Shown: positions 50,901 through 56,589 of the stretch, piece by piece
Position numbering within the stretch: the stretch's first letter is position 1
How the letters are laid out: every line of letters begins with the position of its first letter
Virus record (IMG/VR): IMGVR_UViG_3300043410_001007
Span: 1 to 64,000 of that record
Length of the DNA: 64,000 nt
From: a virus
Direction: 5' to 3' (one strand)
Position numbers and translations under genes: made by a program
The notes under the pieces: model-generated
What the model saw: only the letters and a program-made list of their open reading frames with translations
Told to the model about the DNA's origin: nothing
Database searches by the model: none

Positions 50901-52608
50901 AGGCGAGAACAGATTACGTATGAATGCTCAATGGGATACTATCTCTAGTTCAGCAGTAGTGCCGTTCTTGTTCCAGCAAGACCCAGCAAATCAATTGTAT
51001 TACACTAGTGTGTATCGTGAGCCTGAGGTTAGTAGAACGCATATTACTGCGGTTAATAGCAGTGATAGTATCACAGTTGCTAACCCATACGCTCTTGTAC
51101 GTATCTACAACTACACTCGCAATATTAATGAAATCGGTGTTCTAAAAACTGGTGAGCACTACGTACTAATCGAAGGCATTACTACTGACGAAATTGCTCA
51201 AATCAATATCACTGATAGTACTGGTGTGAAGATTGAAGAATTCTACTGGGTAAACTCTGGTAACTCATCGAGTGCTCGTATTGTATTCACATTCAACCCT
51301 AACTCAAAACTATCGATTGTAGTAGCAGTAGGCAATAACTTACTAATCAAGGGTGAACAATTACAATATCGTGCTGTAGAACTAGATGTAAACAAGACTA
51401 ACTATGGTCAAATAACTGGTATTCGTCATGCTAGAAATACAACGATTGCCGCTGACCTACAACCATATGATATCGTACAGAGTATCAAAGAAGAAGACCT
51501 GATGGCTTCTAGTTTGTACAATAAAACTTGGTACAGTAATACAGTTACCGCTTTAGTTGATACTAGTGGCGGCGATGTATCTGGTACGTACACACTACAG
51601 GACAGTACACTAGAAACATCACTAGTAAAAGTAGGTGACACGCTCAAGTTCAGCAGTACAAGTAATGATTTCTCTGGTATTGCTTATGTCTACACTGGTC
51701 TACAAGCAATCAAGTCGATTGTTAGTGATAATGGTACCTATGTAAACTTTGCGATTACTGCGTATGGTGACACCGGATGTGTTATTACAGACCGCTATTA
51801 CTATGATACTGGTACCAGTACATGGCTGTATGATCGCCCATCTACTGGATCTCAGCCAGCTAAGTTTGGTGAGACTATGGTGGTGAGTGGCAATGCTACT
51901 GATGGTTACTACATGTCAGTTCGTGTAGATCAGCCAGGAATGGCAGTTGGCCAGACAGTTGTGTGTAGCGCAATCGCTTACGCTATTCGTGAGGGTACTA
52001 CCATATCCAATATTGAAGAGGCAACACCTAGTAAACCATCCAATGCTAAGATTATTACCATGTACAACAAGACTGGCTGGCCTCTACTCAAGGATATCCC
52101 TCGAGGAACAGCAATCCAATACGGTACTACAATGCCAGTACTAGCGCCTAATGCTAAGTTCGCTAAGCCTGGGGAGAAGATCCAGTTCAGAAGATACAAC
52201 AAAGCGAATGATGACTGGTCTACTAAAATCAAATATTACGTAGCATCGGTTGGATCGTATTTGGACGTCTTTACAGTGGTAGAAAGCAAGGTCAACCCCG
52301 ATAATCCACAACAATGGACCATCAAGATTGCTGAGCCAGTTACTATTCCTAGTGACGCCCGCGCAGAAATCGCAATCAGCGAATTCACAGTCACAGACAT
52401 CGTAGATAACGGCGATACTACATACGCAGTGACAGTAGAAACTTACACTGATTGTGTTGATGGCTCAGGAGCAACCGCGGCAGCAACGCCGCTAATTACC
52501 GGAGGCTCAGTAACATACGCAACTGCTACATACAAGGTGATGGACAAGCCGCTACAACTTGATAATAGTAGCATTGCTGGTGGATTCTTGAATTACACGG
52601 CAAAATAA
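32986..52608 (+). CDS. Giant 6540-aa baseplate wedge (gp7-position) / multidomain adhesin-like virion protein
   Basis: Follows gp6; own late promoter at 32946-32953; YINEVKPFHV wedge motif, FG-GAP-like and CBM5/12-like repeats. Confidence 0.75.
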   Translation: MAKQVRTLTFLPEIFQTETNSHFLESTLDVLTNKPNLSRVQGYVGEKHGYGVTASDKYVAEPTAERTNYQLEPSVVFLKKDTKVAQDFIDYPGIINALEKQGANVSNHNKLFSNEFYTWDSFTDLDKTVNYTMYYWLPLGPDAILITEALDIDTIIGQQQYTTPSGLKFINGLKVNFVNPVQTGMSKIDYYVEGVGTSITLLPADEMISTEVTAGGMYVPYDKDNFDTTVWSIKLYVPIQPDYITINRNSEDRNAWSRGNRWFHQRVLDTTEEWNGQITRNPSNTITRAQRPIIEFEGNIRLFNSGTKSAGAVDYIDTYTTNAQVSVSGAAKGTAEIVVTLTDTTTITNGYFTVASTDKLTLDQAIVFKATPGVGSTYVDNYGKTIAYETLGGVKLSTKTYYISKIDRDNNGIQLTDITGNTYPKAVTHVKEVIPSMTLTNVATVQSGARVVFAADDNPAVRSKIYNISYTSTSGDSVAVMADTGATVTDGTQVHVSDGPGDLNGTSWRYSSTTGGWIESQKKVAINQAPRFDIFDTNEISLGDSDFYPATTFKGTKIFSYAPGVGTSDSVLGFPVAYSSGETGADFEFRVDFNYDTFTYTKSGTKTTALVSIGYVHTGTTNVKKRIGWTKAIAPSKQYQLFSFDTTTANQTDGYVCDILANTRQEVTWSPAVVFNDGEFVDPTKFTVVRDAVKNTTTIKLSSTADIGSKVTVSLLSDQVSSTAYYQIPANLQNNAFNVNMTAIALGEVKQHYVGVFNNAPGSSGPQLGSNNYSDLGDLTKYGNRIIQNSASLLLPGVFLRKAEYNLHDALRFNAEKYQEYKNRLVDLAEASDYSVYQTPEQILDDIISRITANKLQTDSFFWSDMVMSGSPYVTNTYEYRTDIFAGVIPLSHTYDTKNANYEGFCVYYQSTVDGRLVNELLIRGIDYNITDGEPSIVMTRTILAGDKLVVKEYNQTYGSYCPNTPTKLGMYPATTPKIVTDYTFIEPTQFIVGHDGSMTKMYGQIVNGRMNDFRDVVLFEFEKRVFNNLKVSGELPLTQDDLMPGQWRTTKFTWEDILGTYSENFLDWAGKNRVNYRRQFYNKLDNRTFNYNKATNRIDGTLLKQGGWRGIYRWFYDTTNPSQAPWEMLGITDKPLWWDERYGLAPYTSGNTLMWEEISRGIVWNHGNPFVVSTKIRPDLLKVLPVDSEGKQLFPQDTVVGNYDINTFKRDWFAGDGSPAEEAYRRSSTWAFDLMKLLSTFEPVRFYNYFADRDNYKYNSDNSQFLFKERYHLSPSLLDIYGTDGTTAKHSYMNWVVDYNNQSGKDGAAALHQTLQNLDVRLTYRLAGFSDKEYLKFFTENSTPSATSANLLIPDDSFDLILYDNVADVRIEYSSVIIQKNSLGYTVWGNSMNAPHFKTVTPLPGPTQTISVDASSVEVTTEFDSTRTVAVAYGTQYYTETGVSEFLMNYGRYLETTGVTFEQVKSGKKLDWKYSIEQFLYWAQQSWEDGSTINLNPAATKFTAYKEGLVVQPLTLRQSNFVLNQNLLPVDAADLAVSRYNQSFGVTVLSEGDTIAYTNLNMSAVEHAIIFNNETLFGDVIYNNETGNRQSRVILQGRITANWTGGVTAEGFILNEGDIEEWNTNSKYPKGQIVTYKNLYWVAQSLIEASNEFDYTLWKQSSYDQIKVGLLPNPTTLAYDSVTLYDINMANLDSEADLLAFGLIGYRPRTYMSETQLSDITQVNIYRGMIPMKGTNKVADALIGATTAQGTLDYSIRENWAIKRGEFGSVLNTNYAEVLLDGGLLTANPSIIGFSDGTVAVDGAHQTITVNPYNLKGTTNYVNDLINYGRAPKDNEFLPLSGVTTSQQRGLPTAGYVNIDDVKYVAYTLDDLNLNSDAIDNLYRDDVVWIANHRGEWDVFTPVSQEINLLTVTNNFDGTATLKFSKPHTLVEYDAFYVIEFDSTINGYYMVDSIPAADQVTVSKSLAKSIITLTGTGVVFKLVSKRVTHSSELSSYKEIVKYGQYSTHRNWVDTSTSGEWQVLANGPVYLESNLDDKSTGITNYGLTVAYSSKIGQLVADGAGNLYLNNVLLANRKAGIGADTKLIVDGYHAYCSSPTEGLIYVYDFSGSTLSAKSIVAGNKYTISTLGTTNYVALGATPRWTNVQAYFTPEQTATAPLMIVTNANGHTIEAGTYLSGNNITPGTYITVQTHRLITTTPTSIEVSGKGKQNQQSVGLTNVTGIRVGDWVVNDDLPLGTYVQSINTYDKVIVVTSRFTKNVAVGTPFTFYRPISANVETSTFIEPLHARGIYRVSEATPVAGLTNVNGDQTSIQVVGQPAEKTSFLATVSGGTNTGTGTVTQEYTTIDTKVDLTDPRLQDDLSAVTLFDGFLPNDFAISQDNQWLYVSNKNTNEVKVFINEVGKFKPVSKYKAENSFTNGAITAGWGTTIDTPRDGSKLIVGAPEETVDGSDNAGATYIYARLTENFLQSDRALKIVPYQTYSIEDMGDVDATSLEGWFDLGAGVQFRARITKDDGYIDNTAWKSGTIMTVGDATYGIKDTTGASSIIRIGSYLSGYDPAHSVGDTQDRIVAGTTVVGQFDSYETDTLTAFCDGANGSSEITFAARSTPAAVSVGQIVCVTTRNSTTPFAINHVSKADYEDSTKNSEVSKIQPDTYVAYIKNNVDYHTVSLFDGTSHSTGSLTKGSDGKIYKAKNTTTMDPVTDTTFVNWSQVKVTVGLTRKLTGQLASANNEVSFRAAGRTGRYIVSEAHNFSGAQVNHIAGSVVTAISKDVPFVARGYGSIVKRINGVLSSVDKTGTVSLRKDFIINDVVPNNKVIVYIDNKLVPLYTIGYRNGRNYRSYNYKITVNTLLNQTKVSFTKTPPIGSVVVIDFGKLILQQRTQSAAPRVGAQYGHSVATNNWGAEVFTGAPYEISDINSKHNIEGAVYRWTNVGQRYNNIVGDLKNLVPNNAGTYDVDANIYIDGFLVNIKFTGEASKASVAERIAKIIDTTEPTNVIASSNGTTFTIYNGIPGTTNDQVDITGDLDKIGITPYIKTQTIVDTINYSTTAAFGYTIAVNKELNSTRDALIVSAPYTNVLAETTFDFIDDLRDDDTIYDNGGTTFVDRFTSIGGVYEYDYLASDTETPTNPGIYTFGQYVNHVPSETAALRANTPRYGQSLNFNDGTITVGSPLWYRDGTGRVSQFTTTTYESCWYVDKAPLPKVDVNKLVTVAIYDTNDGTALSSLDYIDPAQGKHLAAVNTNLDFIGATDPASYTTGIIWNKKQVGKTWMDTTNFRLMNYNQPDLQYNARYFGQTFPGSTADIYTWIESDVEPMDYQGSGYVVSMDAYTAGVVFDRQSNTTQTKYYYWVKNYGDIPHGKTLAPTTIASYVLDPLNSGIQFLGALSTNSIALFNARESITENTSALHVGYSESDNDDVGHQDWLLIQTNNKDSFLPGVPLSIADAPSGLYLKYLTSFMGHEIDTETQLVRKALTVPDENLSILTRYGVSFRPRQTMFLDRELALKNYIDYANQVLASEPITETRGTFLLNKSGSDYDTADFWTVTDWWATGYSSSTKPSLEVDTYNTLLTIGSVDPVNADSTGIVTTLSDGLVARVKKNGQGLYETYRYTSSAGWSRINLENGTIAIKDTIYTQTSPIPSQEIYWIIRWLTEQVFVDDLSIENNNSLIMMFNFIQSDSPQGQNYLPWLNKTSLVDIQHTIRQLLPYKKFQIQSSTLINGYINEVKPFHVYVKEFSYKYTATETFEGDITDFDLPAKFRSSSATYVTPRLIQKQSESLGEYTSTDGIWSESEYANWFKYHGLSYTNDGVGVEESTVVPVTQVIVDITSSAASIYVESVAGLPVSGTVKINGEEIWYESVNRSTNSITGLVRTTGSTHASGSIVSLITKPVMVMETGRGYLAAPIVTAWYDTTDFPYGPTVTATFMTTMKNGGLTVVDVVEEGRGYPTTPELRVSMSSIVSTFTSGQVDTQVNQFSVGGHQFVNGDSVVFVTDSTDSNLALRNYGNYYVGALDGESFALYETYREAMASFTTTEPIVRGRAAGDNYHFYLSSPYDYSTPMFVTGDLVKLRTNVAGGTITDPSYNDAFEYYYAHVDESIDTTGATPHYALYDYVTFHTSHSDAMSGAHPVEFAPVGDPNAVRSNEFCIASRTQRVDDGRVTIGAKIDGTVGIAARLQAYHGNRQTRGIRTAMKFDRITYKTSVFNWESGVNRFQEMGWDVTTWSKGTAYSKGDLVVYNGQLYRASRDTIKRWEVSSASPNETISLWTPGTKYAVDKKVLYSTIIYKCTEATTDKPTDGDLEVFSLANFTEVASDDPLITAADRIVGFYRPTSDMPGSTYADLSQLMTGTTYPYQTIIDPEFTWGETYAFLPRNVDTEENTVTLNNIKPLLASYQEVVYGTYTTTANSITQYHMASQFTPAVTETNLVGNSLSVSGTQNLHKGMPIRFIGDMIQVYTNTIVNGTIVESVANAFYKDTTYFIANVDASNSSIQISYNQQLSQLSSISTTASRVYANGMITLDTAIGNYTDATIKFSGSSFGNVSANFYYIDSIDGTGKNVTLRTDVFSSGGQFVPPVSANIGANGISGNMKVTIDPYLPQKNASGYTTLVLGHHVGMIGVANANANITVTVDSTDGLYLNAPVKFGGNSIGNISNSSVYFISNVDVANSAINIVTIMGDTTAVPNVANATGTMTVRTGFPITTVTGISSGNYYVANTTTHIVGSTGNITVGTLGANAKVQFASGSVSGANVNKTTSYYITSANTTTNHITITDKLVGGTTITPSTSTLSNSTGPLYLVSDYYTQPVESSYITGDLLKMYYKDPADETIGFYFTNREANNVISLYASSDDAEAKTNSIAIHDGAYGYLVKPQTVVSAVGPLKYMIGDIVPMTFELSSPTLGFGLTPNKTYWARFISVTTVRLYRTRTDAQNEYNHLPLLKQIGGQMVIGSPIIVDVVQADGSTKIETVGYNEYDSIIVSDNNVTPDYNVAGKEFTWGFGPEELMAGVVSDGVNITVTTRAGSTWDPLATINGTVNARAISDKFGHTGFNMVRFDASANGTKVDWYLDAGDLDSNGHAKIKSSGFVGATTFVESTFTNPVTTPSGVKFASAVYFGDRVKNPVTVEVYAKTTTYGQVKLVEGTDYILDMANKVIHSVSNTYVSISLELVVYEFGNSSHLLRSTSDIYGLQTVGDHSEMMLDVPFALVDLPTIENYWLGASVFVNGVKLEYYDGVRPLFNYNAPMFSVIPQRPFDPKNDPYNPAKIVFNTLYTSSDFASFVLTTNVIGYYRVENASDTYKAPITDETAYSRGKIGVYVNGVLTTQDSDYKVSMITKGSKSALVTITFTSGVVAVGDNVKITYENGGASAPMMEMLGTPTPTTGAVQYDLTGFLGDNNYAPFSDLRVLFDNAASTQPNTFVTRCGVDLADGMSVVVVGDDTNKIIPGFPSSHAADIVTKTYYLRDVVYHSDNLWQDTFGTYTFRLATIPDGQPIVLSSGTDGTGQPRHLTFVVNNDNLIVEIDGTRINGIAPNTLKYGGIATPINNTVTLSYPAPVYSRATFSSSYLIVNINGVPYSAANNFDNIDPVSGASRHIQWYTNYDANNNLMAGSDATFNVDDTLADTGAFFDAGDPFDNQSIIDIVFAYDLTGSSGLISTDIITVEYNIVGNAWVSGQTYEVGDIVTYNGVIFRCYSDVTSATNPVTDYSHWSTISMSPPPVYVVEVNQDTAGTTGVNETSIGGTLTVYAPWLDNTHKVSVTSFGRTTQQYLKTQILSDITVTQVTNVIEITGQPTVVYTGPTLSLPGAAHGINIGDLVMINGTAVKDLDGGNYYAKPIDLSGTLGSTYTEEYTFQLFSDSGLVTPIDLANPGAFQPITTGKESYVQLLQTATNTASIAVNPAVINQSQFNLVDKQRLFVSFTKDSTVKGSTGRYYVQTSKFDIATLDYVDEEGTSQTVYTLILLQPVVPGNLITITSMVPTASPGENRLRMNAQWDTISSSAVVPFLFQQDPANQLYYTSVYREPEVSRTHITAVNSSDSITVANPYALVRIYNYTRNINEIGVLKTGEHYVLIEGITTDEIAQINITDSTGVKIEEFYWVNSGNSSSARIVFTFNPNSKLSIVVAVGNNLLIKGEQLQYRAVELDVNKTNYGQITGIRHARNTTIAADLQPYDIVQSIKEEDLMASSLYNKTWYSNTVTALVDTSGGDVSGTYTLQDSTLETSLVKVGDTLKFSSTSNDFSGIAYVYTGLQAIKSIVSDNGTYVNFAITAYGDTGCVITDRYYYDTGTSTWLYDRPSTGSQPAKFGETMVVSGNATDGYYMSVRVDQPGMAVGQTVVCSAIAYAIREGTTISNIEEATPSKPSNAKIITMYNKTGWPLLKDIPRGTAIQYGTTMPVLAPNAKFAKPGEKIQFRRYNKANDDWSTKIKYYVASVGSYLDVFTVVESKVNPDNPQQWTIKIAEPVTIPSDARAEIAISEFTVTDIVDNGDTTYAVTVETYTDCVDGSGATAAATPLITGGSVTYATATYKVMDKPLQLDNSSIAGGFLNYTAK

Positions 52609-52622
52609 GAGATAAATACTCA

Positions 52623-52769
52623 ATGAACGCTAATACTAAATCAGAAACTCAGCAGGTAGAACAGAATTCTCGTGAAAATTTCGAGGATTCTGGCTTCCAC
52701 TATTCAAGTTTTCTAAAAATTACTGACCCGGAAACAGGCCAAGTACTAGTACAGCAAAGAGCAGACTAA
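52623..52769 (+). CDS. 48-aa small virion-associated protein, not in the ORF track
   Basis: MNANTKSETQQVEQNSRENFEDSGFHYSSFLKITDPETGQVLVQQRAD; GATAAATA promoter at 52611-52618. Confidence 0.75.
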   Translation: MNANTKSETQQVEQNSRENFEDSGFHYSSFLKITDPETGQVLVQQRAD

Positions 52770-52782
52770 AAGGAATAATAAC

Positions 52783-53400
52783 GTGAAAAGCAACTTCGGA
52801 TTCTCAGTACACGGACACATAAAAATACATGACCCACAGACAGGGGAAGTATTCGTTGATAAAGATAACGCCATCAACTACGAGGCGATGAGTATTGCTG
52901 TTGCTAACGCCTTATCTAATAGAGGGACTGGTATGATTTACAAAATGGCACTCGGCAACGGCGCCTCAAGTATCGACAGTACTGGTCTAATTACCTATCT
53001 ACCACCAAACGTAACAGGTACTAATGCTAGTCTGTACAATCAAACATACTCTAAGATTGTAGACGATACATTACTATCTAATACTGACCCAACACGTAAC
53101 AAAATGAGTGTAAGTCATACTGCTGGTAAGACATATTCAGACATTCAAATTCAGTGCCTACTGGACTACGGTGAGCCTAGTGGTCAGTACGCTTTCGACA
53201 ATGCGACTGATACTACTAGTGACTATGTATTCGATGAACTAGGGCTACTATGCGACTACGGCGCAGACGGCGAAGGTAGTATTACTACTAAGTTGATTAC
53301 TCACGTTGTGTTTCACCCCGTACAAAAAGCTCTAAACAGACAAATTCAAGTTGACTACACTATTCGTATTCAGTCAATTACTAACTTAGTCACGCTGTAA
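52783..53400 (+). CDS. Virion/baseplate structural protein
   Basis: 205 aa, GTG start with AAGGA SD; MALGNG, LDYGEP, FDELGL, HVVFHPVQK. Confidence 0.75.
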   Translation: MKSNFGFSVHGHIKIHDPQTGEVFVDKDNAINYEAMSIAVANALSNRGTGMIYKMALGNGASSIDSTGLITYLPPNVTGTNASLYNQTYSKIVDDTLLSNTDPTRNKMSVSHTAGKTYSDIQIQCLLDYGEPSGQYAFDNATDTTSDYVFDELGLLCDYGADGEGSITTKLITHVVFHPVQKALNRQIQVDYTIRIQSITNLVTL

Positions 53401-53409
53401 GGATAGAAC

Positions 53410-56400
53410 ATGGCGAATTCTCAATACACAATCTCATACAGCGGCGGTAATATTGCGGTACCAGTGGGTCAGGTAGACGGTAAATTACCATCTACATCAA
53501 ATCTAGCATCTGCTACCTATGTATCTAACACTAGCACAACACTAACACTAGTAGGTCGTAACTTCAATGATCCAACATCGGTCAATGGTGTCCTTCACGG
53601 ATATGGTTACTACTTCAATCAAAACTTTGTTACCTTATTAGAGAATAGTGCTAATACTACGGGTAATCTAGCAAATGCTAATATCTTACATGGTCAACTA
53701 GTGTTTGTTACACAAGATACTAACTATGTAGGTAACGTAAACAACAGACTATTTGTTAGTGGCGCTAACGGTATCAACAAATTTAGTAATCTGTACGCAA
53801 ACGGCAACAGTGGGTCATACACTACTGGACTAATCGAAGTATTCACTGAGGCTAACCCTGCTTCTAACTTACACGCAACTGTTGGCACTAACCCTGTCAA
53901 CTTCTCAGACATCACAATCAGTCGTGCCAATGGTAACACTACAATCAACTCTACAACTGCTAGTAATACAACTACTATCGCTAAGTTCTGGAATGATAGT
54001 TCAGTAACTGGCGCGGCAAAGTTCGGTCTAAACTTAGGTAATGGTGTGACACCGGTAGACATGTCTATGTTGAACGGCAACATCTCTGCTAACGGCAACA
54101 TCTCTGCTACACAGGGCGGCTATCTACGAACCAACTATCTTGGCGCAGAAACTGCTACAACTGCTAACATCAACATAGAAAGTAACGTAGTATCTTCTAA
54201 TCTAAACATTACTGGCGCATGGAACATCAATGCTACAAACTTTACAGGCACACTAAGCGCTAATAGCAACGCTCAACCCAACGTCACAACATTAGGCGAT
54301 CTACTCTATGCAAACATCAACGGCGACTTACGTGTATTTGATGCCGCAAATGCTAATAGTTATGTAAATGCTTATGCCAACGGTCAACTAGTAGTATCAA
54401 ATACTGTTACTGCTACCAAGTTTATTGGTGATGGTAGTTTACTAACTAACATTAGTGCTAACGCTCTAACAGGAGCAACAGTAGATAACGCTAACTATGC
54501 CGCCTATGCTGGTAATGTAACCTTAGCGGCACAATCAAATATTACTTCACTAGGTACATTAACTAGTTTAACAGTTAGTGGCGACACAATACTTGGCAAC
54601 ATTGCTAACACGAGTGGTGACTTAACAGTTGGTAATAAACTAACAGTTGGTGGTAACTTAGTAATCAGTGGTAGTTTTGCCGCAACTAACTTGATTGCGG
54701 ATATTATTACTGCTAACACGAGAGTTATTACACCAACAGTATCTACTGGCGCAACAGTAGGTTCAGTTGGTAACATTAGCGGTCAATGGCGTCTAGCACA
54801 AGGCTCATCACTAAACTTATCTAGATTTTCTGATGACGCCAATAGTACTTCTGGTGATATTCAATTATTTGCGGCAAACATTTCTACTGGTCAGACCAGC
54901 GCCGGTAACGTTTTAGAAGGCTCTATTACTGGTAGATGGACCGCGGCGAACGCCTGGACCTTCGAATCTAAACCAACATTCGTGTCTGGTGTTCTGTTTG
55001 ATAATGCTACTAGTCTGTTACAGACAACTGGTTCAAACGTAAACATGTTTACTGCTAATGCTGATGCTATCAAAATTGGCCTGGCCGCAACATCTATTCA
55101 ACTTGGTTCCGTAACTGGTAACTCTAATGTAGAACTTAGAAATGATGCCCTGGTGGGCAGAAACTTGTATGTAGCAAATGGCATTTTATTCAACGGTACA
55201 GATGCCAACGGCAACTCTACGGGCATCGCTAGAATAGCAAACACTGGTTCTAATACCGTGTACTTTGGCGGTGAAGCAGACACAATCAGCATCGGTAATA
55301 CCGCTGGCAATACTACAATCAATCATAATCTAATTGTGACTGGTGATGCCCAGATTAACGGTGGTGATTTAACGACAACTGCTACTACGTTCAACGCATT
55401 GAATGCTAATGCTACGACAATCAACTTTGCTGGCGATACAACTACCCTATCAGTTGGAGCATCTACAGGTAATACTACAATCAATCACAATCTAATTGTG
55501 ACTGGTGACACACAGGTAAACGGTGGTGATTTAACAACAACTGCTACTACATTTAATTTACTAAACGCAAATACTACTACTCTAAACATCGGCGCAGCCG
55601 CTACTCAGATAAATCTAGGTGTTTCTACGGGCAGAGCAAATGTAAACTCAAATACACTATCTGTGTACAATAATAACGACGGACAGGTATTAATTGGAGG
55701 AGATACTAATGGTGGTATCGAAATAGGATTATCTGGCCGCTCAGCAACAGGAACACCGTTCATTGATTTTCATTCAAGTACAAATAGTTCGGACTATGAT
55801 GTTCGATTAATTGCCAGCGGAGGTAATTCAACTGCTGGTAGCGGTAACCTATCGATCAATGCTGCAATCTTAACAATCACCGGCGGTCAAATCAATAATC
55901 TAACCGCGATTAACCCTGACGGTGACGGCGTAGCTATTCGTTACAGTGATAACAATCCTACAATCAACTCATACACTCATGGCGGTGGCTGGAGTATTGG
56001 CGCAGATGGTGACACACTTCAAGGATGGACTCAGAGTAAATCAATCAATGCTGACGGCGGCATGATTAACTCATCTGGTGGTTACTATGTTGGAACATTA
56101 GATTTTGGAGCAGATAGCGGCGCACACACGACAACTCAAGTAATCACAGGCTCAGGAGCAGTGCTAGCTACATCAGTAAGTATTGGTGGACCAACATCTA
56201 CGCCAGCAACTGGCGAACTGTATGCCACCGGCAACATCATTGCCTTCTCCGCATCTGATGAAAGTCTAAAGACAAATATTGTTGACATCAGTGGCGCTCT
56301 ACCTATGGTAAGAGCAATCGGTGGACAAACATTCGAATGGACAGACGAAGCCCTATCAGGTAAAGAAATTGACGGATATCTAGTTCGCAAAGAAGACTTC

Positions 56401-56589
56401 GGACACATTGCTCAGCGTGTATTAAAACAATTCCCACTGGCAGTTCGTAAGAGACCAGATGGCATATTGACTATCGATTACGAAAAATTATCAGCATTAT
56501 CTTTTGCGGCAATCGATGAGTTAGCAGAACAAGTGGACGAGTTAAAAGTAATTGTACAAACTCTAATTGATAAATTGGAAAATAAATGA
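53410..56589 (+). CDS. Long tail fibre with C-terminal peptidase S74-type intramolecular chaperone
   Basis: N-terminal LTLVGRNF...YG...NQNFVTLLEN anchor; C-terminal SDESLKTNI...FEW...GHIAQ...IDYEKL...AIDEL coiled coil. Confidence 0.85.
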   Translation: MANSQYTISYSGGNIAVPVGQVDGKLPSTSNLASATYVSNTSTTLTLVGRNFNDPTSVNGVLHGYGYYFNQNFVTLLENSANTTGNLANANILHGQLVFVTQDTNYVGNVNNRLFVSGANGINKFSNLYANGNSGSYTTGLIEVFTEANPASNLHATVGTNPVNFSDITISRANGNTTINSTTASNTTTIAKFWNDSSVTGAAKFGLNLGNGVTPVDMSMLNGNISANGNISATQGGYLRTNYLGAETATTANINIESNVVSSNLNITGAWNINATNFTGTLSANSNAQPNVTTLGDLLYANINGDLRVFDAANANSYVNAYANGQLVVSNTVTATKFIGDGSLLTNISANALTGATVDNANYAAYAGNVTLAAQSNITSLGTLTSLTVSGDTILGNIANTSGDLTVGNKLTVGGNLVISGSFAATNLIADIITANTRVITPTVSTGATVGSVGNISGQWRLAQGSSLNLSRFSDDANSTSGDIQLFAANISTGQTSAGNVLEGSITGRWTAANAWTFESKPTFVSGVLFDNATSLLQTTGSNVNMFTANADAIKIGLAATSIQLGSVTGNSNVELRNDALVGRNLYVANGILFNGTDANGNSTGIARIANTGSNTVYFGGEADTISIGNTAGNTTINHNLIVTGDAQINGGDLTTTATTFNALNANATTINFAGDTTTLSVGASTGNTTINHNLIVTGDTQVNGGDLTTTATTFNLLNANTTTLNIGAAATQINLGVSTGRANVNSNTLSVYNNNDGQVLIGGDTNGGIEIGLSGRSATGTPFIDFHSSTNSSDYDVRLIASGGNSTAGSGNLSINAAILTITGGQINNLTAINPDGDGVAIRYSDNNPTINSYTHGGGWSIGADGDTLQGWTQSKSINADGGMINSSGGYYVGTLDFGADSGAHTTTQVITGSGAVLATSVSIGGPTSTPATGELYATGNIIAFSASDESLKTNIVDISGALPMVRAIGGQTFEWTDEALSGKEIDGYLVRKEDFGHIAQRVLKQFPLAVRKRPDGILTIDYEKLSALSFAAIDELAEQVDELKVIVQTLIDKLENK
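55306..55600 (+). repeat. 162-bp internal duplication in the tail fibre
   Basis: GNTTINHNLIVTGDxQxNGGDLTTTATTFNxLNAN encoded from 55306 and from 55468. Confidence 0.9.
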
